DNA from: Diadema antillarum
Taxonomy: Eukaryota
Direction of reading: 5' to 3'
DNA: 64,000 nt
Assembly: GCF_040938485.1 (NCBI RefSeq)
Contig: NW_027270912.1
Coordinates: forward strand, 682,001 to 746,000
Shown: positions 35,670 to 50,753 of the stretch, in pieces
Numbering within the stretch: the first letter of the stretch is position 1
Layout: every line of letters starts with the position of its first letter
Position numbers and translations under genes: made by a program
Notes under the pieces: generated by a model
The model's database searches: none
Seen by the model: the letters and a program-made list of their open reading frames with translations, nothing else
What the model was told of the DNA's origin: nothing

Positions 35670-37987
35670 CTTCGACCACCATCTCAAAGTTTAGGGACAA
35701 AAGCAATACCCCCATTCCCTCATTTCCTCAAAAGTTTTGTGTTTGGACAACTTCATCGCTATGAGAAGTAGCCTATACCAAATCCGTATTTCAAAATACT
35801 CATGATTGTGGCCGTGATAGGTCAAAGAATTACGGTGTCTGAAATATCTTTCATTTTTGGTTGGTTTGCTGGAGACATTTCAGGTTGCCTAGAGGCAACG
35901 CGAAAGTGTGTAAACTTGTGGCCCATATGCGGTGATCTTGAAGTTCGTCTTCCAGATGTTAACCTGCACGAGATACCAATTCTATCTGAACAAGAAAACT
36001 GAGGTTCGTCCGGCAATACTGGCTAATATTCAGAGCATCTTTGGTATTTCGAAAAGACATAGAAAAGAAGTAAGTCTATATTTTGAGAAATGTATACCTG
36101 TACACTAAAGCATTTTGACACTGAAGTTCTGTGAGCTGAGAGTACATTTCCATAAATGATTTCTAAACAAAATCATTGTAAGAATTAAAAAAGGATCATA
36201 CCGACATTCACATTATGGTTCACTGCTCAACAGCAGATAATATAATATGTGTTTGATCTAAGACATTATCTAACACCTACACTATCCTCTTCAGGCGAAC
36301 TGTTGTCGATATTGAGAAAGAGGGCAATCGAGTGGGGGTCAATGCCCTACAACTCATTTACGCGCAGACGATTAGAGGCCTGCAATCGAGAAGCTCTTTG
36401 GGCGGTGTCCAGCCATCGCGGAGAACGATCGATATTTCTCCCGGGACGTGATCGGAACACCCATTGGCTCATTAAAATCGTCATGAACATTGAGTGTGGA
36501 GAGGACGCGCTGTGTCGAGAGACTTGTTTGTCTGATATGCGCCATCAACGTTGACTTCCTTTGGTTCGAACAAGTTCCTCTGTATCAGCTAGGCCATGCT
36601 GACCAAGCCGTATCAAGTATTTAGTGATGTCTAATTTTGCTTCTTTTTTGAATTCGCTCTGTCTTCTCTTGTTTGATTATTGGTGGGCGTTCTTGTTTTT
36701 GTCATGATCAAACATGTATTATTGAACCCTGTCTACTGTCTGGTCAAGAAAAAGAAATCGGTAGTCCTATAATTGCGATAGGATCATGTTGTGTTGAAGT
36801 TCAGACACAGGGAATGTATTCCAGGTTCAGAAATGAAATTCTATTTTTGAAGTCTTTACATCACCACGTACAAGACTGCTATTATGAAGACTGGTTCCAA
36901 GTGGGGAAGCGCTGTCATGATTTTAGTTGTTCACTGTCCCACATTTTCATGCTCTTTCAGTATTGATGAATTTAACACACGATGGCTCTTCTTTGGAAAT
37001 ATTTTCCTTTTTTTTTTTAAATCACTTGAATGACTGAATACTTTTGTGCATGTCCAGTTATTAAAGGGGAACTTTTTCCGTTTATGGGTCAATATAAAGC
37101 GCAATTCCAATCCATGTCCAAACTGGCCTCAAGAAATAGAGTAGAACAAAACATCTGTCATTCCATGAGCACTCTATGTTGATGTCGTTTTAAAAACAAC
37201 TTTGCAACTGTAATACTTTTCCTGTCAACGACTTATCAATCTTAAGCTGTCACAACTGCAAAATGATATCAAAGATGTCATAATTATCATTCGATTAATT
37301 TCAAAAGACGACAGTTTAATCAAGATTGATACTTGGGTCAATGGGACATTAAGTCCATTGATGTCTACGTTATCACCTTCACAACAGTGAGCATGACCAA
37401 AATATCTTTTTCCGTTAAAAAAACCGACAAAAATATATGGCGCTTAGAATTACAAAGCCTTAGGGTTTTGTTTTGTTATTTTGACATTTTTTCTGTAAAT
37501 TATCATACATGTCTACGGCCTCCGTCGTGATCACGTCTATGATAATTATAATCACTATCGGCGCGTTGTCAATTACCGATATAAAGTCGCTGTTACCAGA
37601 TCGTAATAAGCACACTATCTTTCCCAGATTCAAATCTTTGTATCGTTTATCAAACACCGCTCATTTTTTTTTTAATATAATGAATCTTAATATAAAGAAA
37701 CTTAGCCTTCGTAAGAAGGTATCGATTGTTTCGAACTTGTGATTTCTTTTATGTTCATTCTTCCGTATTTGCAATCAATTGTGGACCAGCGAGGCGTGAT
37801 ACACTGTATCACAATATCGCACGCGAATAAAATAATCTTGATCTGATGAAAGAGTTTCGGCTTTCTTTTCTGGCTTGGGTATGGGGCTTTCCCTGTAAAC
37901 TTGGAAAAGTACGAAAATAATTATTTCCGCTGTGATGTGGGTGATAGATCAGGGTGACACTCATGGGACATGCATGCGACTTACATT

Positions 37988-38236
37988 TGAAGAGTTTGTT
38001 TGCAAAAACCGATAAGTCCATTTCTGAAGATTTTGAAGTACGGTCTCTGTCATAAAGTACAAAATAATACCTTTCAAATGATATATTGGTCACTACATTT
38101 AAAGGTATATTTTTGAAGTTATGGTCAAAAGAAGCAACAATTTTCTTATTATTCTCTTTATTTTTCTTGACCTTTAATCGCAAATATCTCCATTTGACAA
38201 ATATGGACTTATCGGTTTTTGCAAACAAACTCTTCA
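37988..38236. mobile_element. MITE-like inverted repeat
   Basis: TGAAGAGTTTGTTTGCAAAAACCGATAAGTCCAT and its exact reverse complement about 250 bp apart. Confidence 0.75.
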
Positions 38237-39030
38237 TTTTCTTGTTTAAATGGAACTCATCCCGATGAACCCCTGATTGTTTCTGACCTGGGCGAGTAAT
38301 AGCCGCCTTCCAGCAGTGAGTTCGCCCTTGGCCCCTGTGGTAGTGTGACTCATTCGTAGACAGACGTGACATTCCAAGTCACGGGACAAACGCGCAGTGA
38401 TGACACCCATGTATTTCACTGGGCTGATGATGCCCTACTATGCAATTCATGCATCTTTCCAAACCATCTAATACAAGTAGCATGTCGGTGCCACCACATC
38501 GCAAAATACAGTCCTTAGTCACAAAATGACAACATCCATTTCTCGATACAGAAGATAAAGTTTAATTCATTTCAATTCAATTCAATTCAACTCAGTTCAA
38601 TTCGCATTGAATTGAATTTTTGTATTTAAAGTATATATGAAAAACACCTTCAAATGGGGAAAATTCTAGCAATAATTGGAACAGTGCTATCATTCGTTGC
38701 TCCAACTGACCATCGCAACGACAACGACAACAACAACAACAACAACAACAACACAAAACACCCATAGACAAGCAAACGGAATATTTCACATGCCAACACA
38801 AAATATCAACCACAGACCTTAATATCATGCAACTAGTATGGGGGGGGGGGGGAGATGCCAAAAAAAAAAAAAGCGAAGCAAAGGGCGATGTCAGTGTTGT
38901 TGGAAGTAGACTAGGTAATTAAAATTTCTTTACCCTATCCTCGGCAAATTGGTCATATATAATCACACAGGAAAAATGATCTTGTACATTTTGAAAAGAG
39001 CTCTGAAGACATGCCTCCTCCCTCTTTTCA

Positions 39031-39071
<41 letters not shown>

Positions 39072-39359
39072 GAGGGGAGGGGGAGAGGGAGAGGGGCAAA
39101 GAAAAAAGTTCAGTCTGAATCTATATTACGCGGATTCAGAGAAGATTCATGGATATGATATTATCATGATCATCTGCACACTGACAAACTTTACGTTTAA
39201 CGAGAAGGCAGAAAAAATAGCCAACATCGGACTCTGTTAAAAGTAGGGACAATAATTGAGGTTTGCAGAATGGAAGCAGACGACTTGCCTGAGTGAGAGG
39301 CCTATGTATAAAGTATGAAAGGCGCCTTCACTTTAAATGCACAGTTATTAGCTGAGAGG

Positions 39360-39660
39360 TTTGTTTGTTTGTGTGTGTGTTTGTTTGTTTGTTTGTTTGT
39401 TTGTTTCATTTCCATCTGAGAAAATGGCTGGATAGCCCATATTCAGCTGCAATGGCTGGTCTTCCGTGCATGGGGTCTAGGTGGATGTTAGGCGGGACCC
39501 CTCAAATAAGAGGCAAAACACTCCGTCCCTCGGATAGGACATTAAATGGAGGTCCCGTGTGTGAGAGAGCCACAATTTATGCACGTAAAAGATCCCGCTT
39601 CACTTATTCATCGCAAAGAGCAGGGTATTTAACCACCAATGTTGAGCAGATCGGACTCTT
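39360..39660. mobile_element. Retroposon fragments: (AAAC)n-tailed 3' end on minus, plus a SINE-like body on plus
   Basis: A TTTG repeat abuts TTTCCATCTGAGAAAATGGCTGGATAGCCC. GGAGGTCCCGTGTGTGAGAGAGCCAC...AAAGATCCCG...GCAAAGAGCAGGG resembles sea-urchin tRNA-SINE bodies (from memory). No A/B box is visible. Confidence 0.4.
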
Positions 39661-40752
39661 TGCACTGTTGGAACGGTCACGTTGGAGGTGCTCAGGAGGT
39701 CAATATCCTTTTCCTCTACTTCTCGATTGGTGTTTCGATTTCTCTCGGTGGAAATAAAAATCTAATAGTTTGCATCCTGTGGTAAACTACGTGCGCTGAG
39801 AGGAATATTGTGTTTTCAGTTTCTTCCATAATAGTTCTATAAAGCCTGCTGCTGTTAATGTTAACACTTTGTCATTCACGTGTGACGACTATTCCACTGC
39901 ACTTTCCCATTTAGCATTAATGCTAGACATCATATGATACATCATCACAACAACAACAACAACAACAACAACAATAATATCCTCATCATTGTCATCAACT
40001 TCCACAGCAACAACAACAACATTAACCAACGTGGCCGAATAGAATCACAAAGACGAGAATTTAAACGTGTAAAGTTTATTCAATACTAGCGATCAAAACC
40101 CTCTCTTCCTCGGCACTCGTCACTTAGCTGCTGTACATGCAGGTGTTAAGTGCATGTGTGATTTTTCTTTTCTCTTTGCAAATATCGACGGAGGAATTCC
40201 CTCTCGGTACATAATTATGAACTTGTAGCTTTACTCTTTATTCTTCTTTGGTAACAGATCATGCTTTCACGATTATGACACAAAGTCAACTGAAATATGG
40301 GATGTAATAATGTGTTCAGTTACTTTAAGTCGAAACGTAATGTGCATGTTCTTCAGTTTATACATCATTATGTTCGGAAGGAATAACAATAGAAGAATCA
40401 TGGTTTCGACTGTATACTGTATCGAATTCAAACATCAAATTTTATGCCTAAATGTGCCTGTTTTGTAAAACAGTAGTAATTTGATTTGATCTTATTTCTG
40501 CATTCCTTTTTCATATAAGAATATAACAGAAAGCCAATTGAACAAACTTATTGAGTAATGTTTGAAAAGTGAACTGTCACGGATACGGGTTGATGGTTAA
40601 CATATGAGAAACACTGTTTTTCTTAATAATACAAAATCATTAATAGCAGGTGTCTTTTACGCATTAAATGAAAATAACATTTTACGTACCTGCTTTTCAA
40701 AAGATGAATATGAACAAATCTAAGTTTAATAGAAATGTAGGAAACCATTTAA

Positions 40753-41113
40753 AGGTACTGTTTACCATTGGGAGCAGTGATTTTAAAAAATGTTCGAGCT
40801 ATAACATTTGATGCATATATTATGTAGGTCAGTTGTAGCACAAAACATGCTACCAAATAAAAGTTTTGCAATAAAACCTGAAATATAAGGAGGTATCACT
40901 AGTTTTCTCATCAAACCATAACTGTAGACGGTTTAGTCAACAATTTTATTATAACTGTTGTTCACATTATGTATTATTATTTAACAATGTTTAACATTGA
41001 TTGTACAGATTAATACTTTTACATTGGTTGTTTCTATCCCTAACTCACATTTCAGAACTATTTTGAAGCATTATACCTGTTTTTGTTTCATCTGCAAATG
41101 GTAAATAATGCCT
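40753..41113 (+). mobile_element. Kolobok-type MITE, copy 1
   Basis: TTAA|AGGTACTGTTTACCATT...AATGGTAAATAATGCCT|TTAA. A homologous copy lies in inverse orientation at 53219-53577. Confidence 0.8.
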
Positions 41114-41277
41114 TTAATCGTAAGCACATGCATGACGAGGGTAATGGCCTCATACACATACAATCAAAGATAATCCAGTCACCACTCATCAAGCAGATTC
41201 CGAATGGGGAAACATAATCATGAAGAATAGTGCAACATGGCGCAAAAGTTTGTGTAGATAGCAAAGAGTAATAAAAG

Positions 41278-41410
41278 NNNNNNNNNNNNNNNNNNNNNNN
41301 NNNNNNNNNNNNNNNNNNNNNNNNNNNNNNNNNNNNNNNNNNNNNNNNNNNNNNNNNNNNNNNNNNNNNNNNNNNNNNNNNNNNNNNNNNNNNNNNNNNN
41401 NNNNNNNNNN
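41278..41410. other. Assembly gap (133 N)
   Basis: Run of N. Confidence 1.
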
Positions 41411-41707
41411 NAATGTTTTTGTCCTTGAGCGTTCACCACGAGAATTAAATGAAAACTGCTATGAGAACACTCCATATTGCTTCAAAACCAAATGACTTTT
41501 AATTGGGAATGAATCGAGAATAGAATTCAGAACGCTAAAAGTAGATTAATTTGTGACTGAAAAATTCACTGTGCGTGCGGAAATTTCATCAAGTTAACTT
41601 TACGTTGAGCAAGGCAATAAACTAACTTAAAGGGAAATTCCAGGCGATTCTTATAATTTCAACATCGTGTAGTGCATAAATCGATAGCACCATGGGATCT
41701 AATTGAT

Positions 41708-43955
41708 GTGGTCCTTCAGCTGATAAACCAATACTCTGAAAACCCAACACATACTACATCATGAACAAGGATGATGACATACTGTATGATGTTCATCTAT
41801 TCTAGTATAATGAAGCAAGCATTGTAAATCCGTTACAATGCACTTAACAACTTCACCTGTGTATAATTTATGCATGTTTTTCTTTTGTTCTGCGTCACTA
41901 GCATTCACTAGAACACAATACGGGGCAAAACTAACTGAGAGATTCACAGAAAGAAAACTATTTAAAAAGGAGGGGAATAGAAAAAAATATATATATTATG
42001 GTTGTGTTGCTGGACAAAATGACAGCTAAAACAAAATGATAGCCTGAAAGAAATTAGAACTTATTTCTATTGATTGATGTGAAGATACTATATGATCACA
42101 CAGGAGTGAACAACTCAGAATTAGGGAAGCGGAGAGGGGTAAAAGAAAGAAAGAAATGTAAGAACGAGATGGGGGGGGGGGGGGCATTTTTTAATCCTGT
42201 CTTTAACGCGGAGTTGGCAAACGAAATGATGGTGCGTCACATTATTATCATAGTGAGCCTATAAATCCGTCTCGGATGTGCCACATCCAGTAAACGGTCG
42301 TTTTTTATTATTACCTCTGGAACGACTCTGCGGCGAAGAGCTAACGATGAAATTGGAGTCTCCTATACCCGGTTTTTACATCTATGTATTGCCCAGGTCT
42401 CCCGCGCGGCTGCCAGGGCCTCTTGAGAACATTAACCAACTCCCTCTCTATACTACGGATTGGGGGCCGCGCTGCGCTCATTATGTTAATTAACGCGCTA
42501 GAGATGGAATTCCCGTGACGGCCCGATGTCACGTTCGGCACTCTCCGAAAAAAACATTCAGCGGAAACAATATCATGCTCCCCTCAACACGTTTTCTTTC
42601 TATCGTTTTGTTTTTCTGTTCCCTTTTTCTTTGAAGGAACATGTTCCATGCAAAGTCAATTCTGCCCTGGAGAGCAGACATGGAACCCGTTTACGCATTT
42701 ACGTCGAAAATAACTGGGCCCATATTGCTTAAAATGGAGGTCAGATCTTAATTGTAAAAACTTGGATTTGAAGTTTCAGTTTATATCATTCTGTTTACTA
42801 TATCTCATGCTACGATACTTCCACAAAAGGTCACATCTATCTAGACTGTGAGTAATAAACACTTACAATGATGAGTGATATCAAATACATAATAATGCTA
42901 AGTTTCAAAAGTGTTGTACTATTTAATTTTGTTTACTTGTTCGCGATTAACAAATCAAGTAGATTATGATCATATCCTACGCCGAAGTCATGAAATGAGT
43001 CTAGTTGATTTCGTTGACATGGTGTTAAGCAGGAATTGTCTCAACAATATTAACCTCATCTTTATGCATATGGGGTCTCGAATGACCTGTAGGCCCCCTA
43101 AACTATAGACACGTTAAACAAGAATCCCCCCCCCCCCCCCGAGTTTGATTAACCTCTGTGCGTTCGTCCTCTTGAGATGGTGATTCATTCACTAGCCTCT
43201 CCTCATACCCTGGAGTGCTGTGATGACAATGCTGAAGATATCATCATGGTAGGACCCCCTTGAAAGCGCTGATGAGGCTACCTCTGATAGATAAAACCAT
43301 CATCTTTTTACCCACTGGGAATCAAATCACAAACACAGTGACTCACATGACCTGAGGTATATTATTACGTGTTTATCTACATTGCTTGATTCGTATCTTA
43401 AATTGTCATTCATCTAAAATGTTAGAGGGGCATATAAAGTATGGTAAAAAAAGAGAGCATTTGGTAATGACCTTTTTTTTTTCTTCTTCTTGAAACCAAC
43501 CATCAGAAGATGCAATTTCCAGATTCTTTACCTCATTTTGATTAACATCCAATGTTCATCTCGTGTGCTTCTAGCCAGCATATCTTATAGGGATATTCGA
43601 CGAAACGAAGAAAAAATCATTATCTGCCCTGATTCTGTGACTGGTATTGTTACGTCATTACGAATTCATATCTATTTTGATCTATCTATGATGATGATGA
43701 AGATGAAAATAAGCCCCAGGATTTTCATAATTTCACATTATGTAGTACATAAATTGACAGCTCCGTGAATAGTTTTGTGGAATTTATTGTGGTCCTTGAG
43801 CAGATAATGCAGTACTCTGAAAAGCTCAAAACAATTGCACTGAACAAGGATGATGACATAGGGGGCTCATATAATCTATATTCTAGTAATGTAGCAATGT
43901 AATTCCATTACCTTACCACTCGCTTAACAAATTCACCTGTGAAGAATTTATCCAT
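41708..43955 (+). repeat. Two diverged copies of a dispersed repeat (about 41708-41870 and 43787-43955)
   Basis: Shared blocks GTGGTCCTT, TACTCTGAAAA, TGAACAAGGATGATGACATA, TATTCTAGTA and CTTAACAA.TTCACCTGTG in the same order. Confidence 0.6.
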
Positions 43956-46900
43956 ACTTCTTTGAGAATCTAACCATGCATTCTTTTGTGGAGCTGGTAT
44001 GTCATCATCCTCTTTCATTGTGATTTTTTAATGAAATTGAAAACATCCTCATTCCTCATCGCAATTACTATTAACTCTGAAACCCTTTACCCATTATAAC
44101 TATCTATAGATGTCCAATGTTTAAGCCTGACAATCATCCGGAATTTTCCTTTAGCGTCACCAGAAATAAATGAAAAAAAAATCGATATCGATTGGCAATC
44201 ATGCCTAAAAATTGGAATCAAATCGCTAACCGCATGAGGGTGAAACAACTTGGAGAGTATGGGATAACAAACAAGTAACAAATTGAATCTGAACAGATCT
44301 GAGATTTTAGGAGGAAACAGAGATTAACGCCTGTTTTGAGTTGACATAGTTATGTAGGTGCGAGAACCGTTTTGTGGCGAATCTGTGCTGTGTCGGAAAT
44401 TCCCGCCATGGTTGACGCTATAAGACCGGCGTATGTGATTCTCGAGCGGATTGCCCTCCCTAGATGCCAGCCGTCATCCATTATACACCTCAGAAACGCT
44501 TTCCGAGGCACGATTCGATCTGGTCGGCAAACACGGAAGACGGCAAAGGAGAAGCGAAGCCATACGTTGACAAATATTTGGGGTAGTTTGTCACTTCAGT
44601 CGGCTTGACTGTCGAGGTTTGGCAGGAGGAAGGGGGGGGGGGGAGGGGAGGGAGTGGGAAGGGGCAGTAGACGTTCCAAATATACGTATGTTTATTATCG
44701 TCTAGGGGGACGAAAATGTGTGCCGACAAATCTGTGAGTTACAGAAAAACAAGGTATCGGATTTTGCTCAGAGCCGTAATAAGAGAGAGTGGTTTATTTT
44801 CATTTGAAACTTTGAGATGACAGGACACTTTAGAGAAAGACGCATAGTGTTTGCATATATTTACCTTTTGTGCTGTTGTGTGTCTGATGATTATGCAAGC
44901 CAAACACAAACTGCTACCAGCCTCATAGTCTGTGTGTTGTTATCACGTTGCATTGGCCCTCTGTAATATGTTGAGGCCTTACTAACTTGTACGCTTTAAG
45001 TTTTAGCTACTCATCACCGAAGCGCAAAGATTCCTACACAGCGGGGGTGTATTGTACGACGAAATTTGGATCACAGTTGGGGGTGCGGCCTCTGCGTTCT
45101 GCTTTGGAAATTCGTACACAGCGACGGTATCAAGAAGTATCCACAGATGGAGAAATAGATAAAAGGATAACTATAAGCACCATTACCGTTTCACAGCAGG
45201 AAAGCGAATCTGTCAGGACACATCATGCAGAACTACGCGGGCGCTTTAACCATCAATGAGACGCGCCATTATGCCTTGGCGCCATTATGCGAGTTTTCGA
45301 CATCTACGGAAGATGCCGAGTGTGGGCGTATACAACCCTGCTGGCCCATTTTCACTCACACTCCATTTAACTCCGTTCCTCTGTTTCATCTGCCGTCCCC
45401 TCTCTCTCACCCCATCCCTCCGTCTCCATCTGCTTACTCCCCCTCCCCCTCCCCCTCTTTCTTTCTGTCTTTATCAAGGCGGCTCTCCAAACCTCGGATC
45501 ACGTCGGGACTATTTTTTAAGCAACCGCTATGACAGTGACTGCAAGAAGATTGAATTAACAATGATGCCATCATTCCCCACGAAAATCTCGGCATCCCTC
45601 AACATCTTAATTCATAGTTATAAACCAGCTCGAGCACTTTTTGCATTATACGAAGGAGATTTGAAATCGAGTCTGGCGAAATGAAATACATTTATTTCAA
45701 CCGCGGGACCGTGGACTGTTCTCATCTTAGGAAAGGTCGAAGGGATTTCCGCTGGATAAGTCGGAATTGCAACTTCTGAAATATTGTTGGCAACTACCAC
45801 GGCTGCAGCCACTTCAGCTTTCAAAATGACCAGTCTCCGCTCGACTAGTATTTTCAGTTACTCTTACGGTCAGTTTAGAAAAGTGACAATCAATCGCCAA
45901 CTGGTACAGATGTCTATGACCTTAAACTATTCACGATGTGTACGAACTATTTGAGGGCATATTCTGTACAATGACTTACAAATTAGATTTATATCTAATG
46001 AACATTGATGCTGCACGCACACATCTGCATCGATAATGTATGTCATTGTTATTATCGTTCTCTTCCAGCTTCACTCACCCCCCTCCCTCCCCACACACAC
46101 ACCCTCCCCTTTGCACGGGGATACAGAAAAGAAACTCATTCTACTGCCTGAAATCGAAATAGGTCGTATATCACACACGCGCGTCGTTACTGCCCTACTT
46201 TACAGGGAGGCCTCGTGGAAGAAAGAATGGTGGACGTGGAATGAGCATGCCTTTCTTACTGCCAGCTGGACAATGAACCTCATTAAATCGACACCTGGTC
46301 TATTAGCTTGCGAGCTGTAAATCGTTAAACGCTGAACATCTGAGCTCTTACCCCAGGGCGAATATCGTTTCCCTCAAAGAATATTATATACAAACATATT
46401 TTGAGACGTGCACACACGCAAGATTGCGAGATTTTGTTCCACACCAAATTCTGACGAGAAGAGCTACGATAACACATTTTGTTCCTCCATCAGAAATACC
46501 GGTCCGTTATTTTGAGCATGCATGTGTGGAATGAATAAAACATTACTCTTTTACATCTTAGGACGATAGCATTTGGAACCTACTTTGTTTTACCGTTTAG
46601 GCAATTGATTATTTTGTATTTGAACATCCAGGCTGAACAGTCACAACAATTTATGTTAGCTCAAACCTAATACGTGCACGGGATGATTTCAAGGCTGCCT
46701 GGCTGTCATTACAAATGCCAGTGTTTCTTATGCCGAATAAATGGCCTAAATTGGTCTCAATTAATCAAAGCTGTAGAATTTCATAATGATATCTTTATTA
46801 GTTTCCAATTTGAAAAAAAAAATCATTATGTACATGCTTCCACAGTCTTTGATATTGTCTGAATATGATGCTATGAAAAAGTTATATCGTTGAAAATCTA

Positions 46901-47552
46901 TGCTATTTACTTTAAAAAATGAAAATCTGATTGACAGAATTTACCATACTCAGTATTACCCATAGACAGTATGGTTAAAATAAACCATACTACAGTATAA
47001 GCAACAGTGATATCTGTTCAGATATCTTGATACTGACAGCATATGATTATTATCAAAACTGTAGAACGTTAGAATGTTTTTCTCTTCATACACTGGAACA
47101 TCATCACGCATGTAGCTATCAAAGTCAGTTCGACAATCTTTGAAATTGAGCCATCACAATGTTTAACTATTAATTGTGTGCTGTGAGTACCGATTGGTAC
47201 AGAGAACATTGTAGGTCCTACATACTGTCCAAAGTCCCTCGCACAGAAAGGCTAAACAAGGCTTTGAAGAAATTGTCGGTGTCAATGGCAAACATACAGG
47301 ATGATAGAGAGAAAGCTGTTTCGGAAAGGAATTGTTGGTAACTTTACGAAGCTTCAAGGATGAGCTGACGTTTCCATAGTTATCATCTGTTGAATAGAGA
47401 TGATCATGAGATCTGTCAACGTCATTATGCTTTGATTAATGCGTCAAGTTCGCAAACTTCTCACATTATTTTAAATGCGTGTTCGAAGTGAGTTCACGTA
47501 CATTGTAACTGCAAACTTTGTGGACACTGTGATCTTATTGGTTGATTCATTG

Positions 47553-50530
47553 TAATAATAATAATAATAATAGTCAGTTCTTAGAACGCATAATATCATA
47601 ATTAATGAAAACAAAATTTATCACATATTTCTCTATGCAAACATGTAATCAACAATTATCAAAAAGGTGAGTTTTTAACACAGATTGAACGTATTGAACT
47701 TATCAAAATCTGTAATGGATCTAATACTGAGAGGGAGGTTATTCCATTATGAGGGTGCCATTTTTCCAAAAGCCCTATCACCAAATGTCTTAGATTTGAC
47801 ACTTATTTCAGAAAGGAGATTTTTTGATTTTTAGCGCAGATTACGACCAGGATGATATGGCTTGATGAGTTCACTGAGATATGCAGGAGCATTTCCATGA
47901 AAACATTTGAATACAAGGGTCAAAATCTTAAACCTGATACGAGCTCTTATGGACAACCAATGAAGACTACGAAGAATGGGAGTTTATGATCAAATTTCCT
48001 TTTGCGTGTTACAGCCTTGCGGCTGAATTTTGTATCCGTTGGAGTCCTTTCAGCTGAGAGTCTGGAATCCTGATAGCATTACCCATAATGATAAAGTTAT
48101 TACTAATTCTGATCAAGTTGCAAATATTTTTAACAATTTTTTTGTTAATGTTGGTCCTTCTTTAGCTGCATCTATTCCCATAAATGATATCAAAAATTAT
48201 AAAGATTACTTACCTGAAAGTAATCAAAACTCATTGTTTTTTACTCCAATAAATGAATCAGAAATTATTGATATTGTTCGATCTCTGAAATGTAGTAATT
48301 CCTGTGGGCCTGACAAATTAAGGGTGAATTTTTTGAAAAAAATAATCTACCCCTTAGCAGCCCCTCTCACCCATATATTTAATTTATCCTTACTTAACGG
48401 TGAGTTTCCAGACTCTTTTAAAATCGCCAAAGTTATCCCCATTTATAAAAGAGAAGATCCATCACTGGTGAAAAATTATAGACCCATCTCATTGTTACCT
48501 GCAATATCGAAAATTTTAGAAAAATTAGTTTATAAGCGTCTCTCCTCGTTTATGATTGAAAATGAAATATTAAATGTGAATCAGTTTGGCTTTAGGAAAG
48601 GATTTTCTACCGATTATGCTATAATTAAATCTGTTGATAATATTATTGATGCGCTTATTAAAAAGGAGCACATAATTGGAGTTTTTATGGATCTTAGTAA
48701 AGCATTCGACACTATTGATCATGACATTTTATTTGAAAAATTACATAATTATGGCGTGAGAGGGATTACTTTGTCATGGTTTAGAAGTTATCTAAGTCAT
48801 CGAAAACAATATGTTGCATTTAAATCCAGTCATTCGTTCCATTTGAACGTGTCATGTGGTGTCCCTCAGGGATCTATCCTCGGGCCCCTACTTTTTTTGA
48901 TTTATATTAATGATATCATTAATTCCTCTCCTCGTTTAAACTTCATTTTATTTGCAGACGACACCAATGTTTTTTATTCCCACAAGGATATTGTAACATT
49001 GGTGGATACATTTAACATGGAATTAAGTAATATTTCGAAATGGTTTAGAAGTAATAAGCTTTCATTGAATATTGATAAAACATGTTTTATACATTTTCAT
49101 ACGCTTCAATCTCAACCCACCCTTCCTCAAAGTATTTCTATTGATGATATAAACATTGCTGAGAAACATTCAACCAAGTTCCTAGGAGTGACCCTAGATA
49201 ACAATCTAACTTGGAATACTCATGTCCAGAATATTATAACAGCAATATCTAAGGCAACTGGTGTGTTAAGGAGAATAAAATACTTAATTAATGATCAAAC
49301 TTTAATGATGTTATACAACACCTTATTTCTACCATATGTAATGTACTGTAATATTGTATGGGGCAACTGTAGCAAAACCAAATTGAACACAATTTTTCTT
49401 CTTCAGAAAAAGGCTCTTCGTATATGCACACATTCAATTTTTTTTGGCTCACACTGATCCCATATTTTATCGCCTAAAAACCCTAAAGGCCCATGATATA
49501 CATTTATATTTAACTGCTATATTTATGTACAAACACATTCGAAATTTATTACCATTTTTCCATAATGCCCTAGTTACTAATGATCATATTCACTCATACC
49601 CTACCCGTCGTTCCCATGATTTTCATTTAAGTAATCCAAAGCTTTTACTTGCTCAAAAGTCGATTAGACATCACGGTCCGGATACATGGAACACTCTTCC
49701 TGAAGAGTTGAAACAGTGTGCCTCCTTGTTTTCATTCAAAGCAAACTTAAAGAAGCATACATTATCACAGTATACTTCAAATACGAATTAAGCCCGAATA
49801 ATTTATATGACTTATGTTGGTCTCCCGATAGTAGCAACATCGTAAGTCATTCCCTCTTCCAGCAAACCAATTTTATCATTCCAAATCCCAGCCTATCTGC
49901 CCCTGTGCACTCTCAAGCACTCGCACGCACATTCACCACCTTCACACATCAGAGTTTATTTTCCCCTGCTATCCTCGCAGCAGAATTTGTATTGTTTACC
50001 AATTTACCTACCTACCTTTTCCTCGGGCCGGCCATCTTTTCAAGCAATGCTTACAATGGCGGCCCTCTGCATTATCATTTCCTAAATATAATATTGTTAT
50101 TGTAATCCCAGCTGCATAGACATGCATACTGTAATATCATTAATTTCCTTTTATATCATTGTTTATGCAAGTCAAACAACTCTGTTTCAAATATACTTTG
50201 TATATTTCCCATGTTCACGATTATTCAGTTTATGTACAATGTATATTGATTTGCAGAAAATAAAGTATCTATCAAACAAACTCCAATGAGCAAACCATTA
50301 TTTTATCCAAATGACTAAAAATAAACGCATGGACCAGTTTTTCTGTAGTTGCTTTATCGAGAACGTGTCTCAATTTTCCAATCCTGTGTATTGTTTCTGT
50401 GAATGAAGTCTTTATTTGGTTTTGCTGCAGAGCATGAAAATGTTCCTCAAGTAATGATGTGGAATAAAATTGAATATGATGAGATGGAGTGATGAATTTG
50501 AAACCTGATGAAACTTGAAGATCTAGATAT
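47553..50530 (-). mobile_element. Old L2-clade LINE 3' part, split into 47553-48070 and 50281-50530
   Basis: Minus-strand peptides IGKLRHVLDKATTEKLVHAFIFSHLD..NGLLIG | IPDSQLKGLQRIQNSAARL...LRSLHWL...KILTLVFKC...WNNLP...LKTHLF are colinear across the insertion. There is a (TAT)n tail. Confidence 0.8.
48071..50280 (+). mobile_element. 5'-truncated CR1/L2-group (Crack-like) LINE with a near-intact RT
   Basis: NYRPISLL, QFGFR, FMDLSKAFDTIDH, GVPQGSILGPLLF, FADD, KFLGV. The one obvious frameshift falls in a T homopolymer at about 49440. The 3' UTR ends AATAAAGTATCTATCAAACAAA. Confidence 0.92.
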
Positions 50531-50602
50531 ATAGTGGTCATTCAATTAACACGCACGTACACACACATATTATTATCCATCTGTGTATATTATATGTATA
50601 TA

Positions 50603-50652
<50 letters not shown>

Positions 50653-50740
50653 ATATTGATTGTATACATAACATATATTATTTCAAGGCAAAGAGTCAGG
50701 TGTGACTGACAGGAAGATACTTCTTCGTCCGACGACCATC

Positions 50741-50753
50741 GTTACCTAGCAAC
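50741..50753. promoter_or_regulatory. RFX X-box motif
   Basis: GTTACCTAGCAAC fits GTNRCC(N0-3)RGYAAC and lies in a CpG-rich patch (about 50700-50950). Confidence 0.45.

Noticed and set aside
43250-43290. CTGATGA cores here and at about 10372 and 53700 as hammerhead ribozymes
   Set aside because: There is no correctly placed GAAA or supporting stems.
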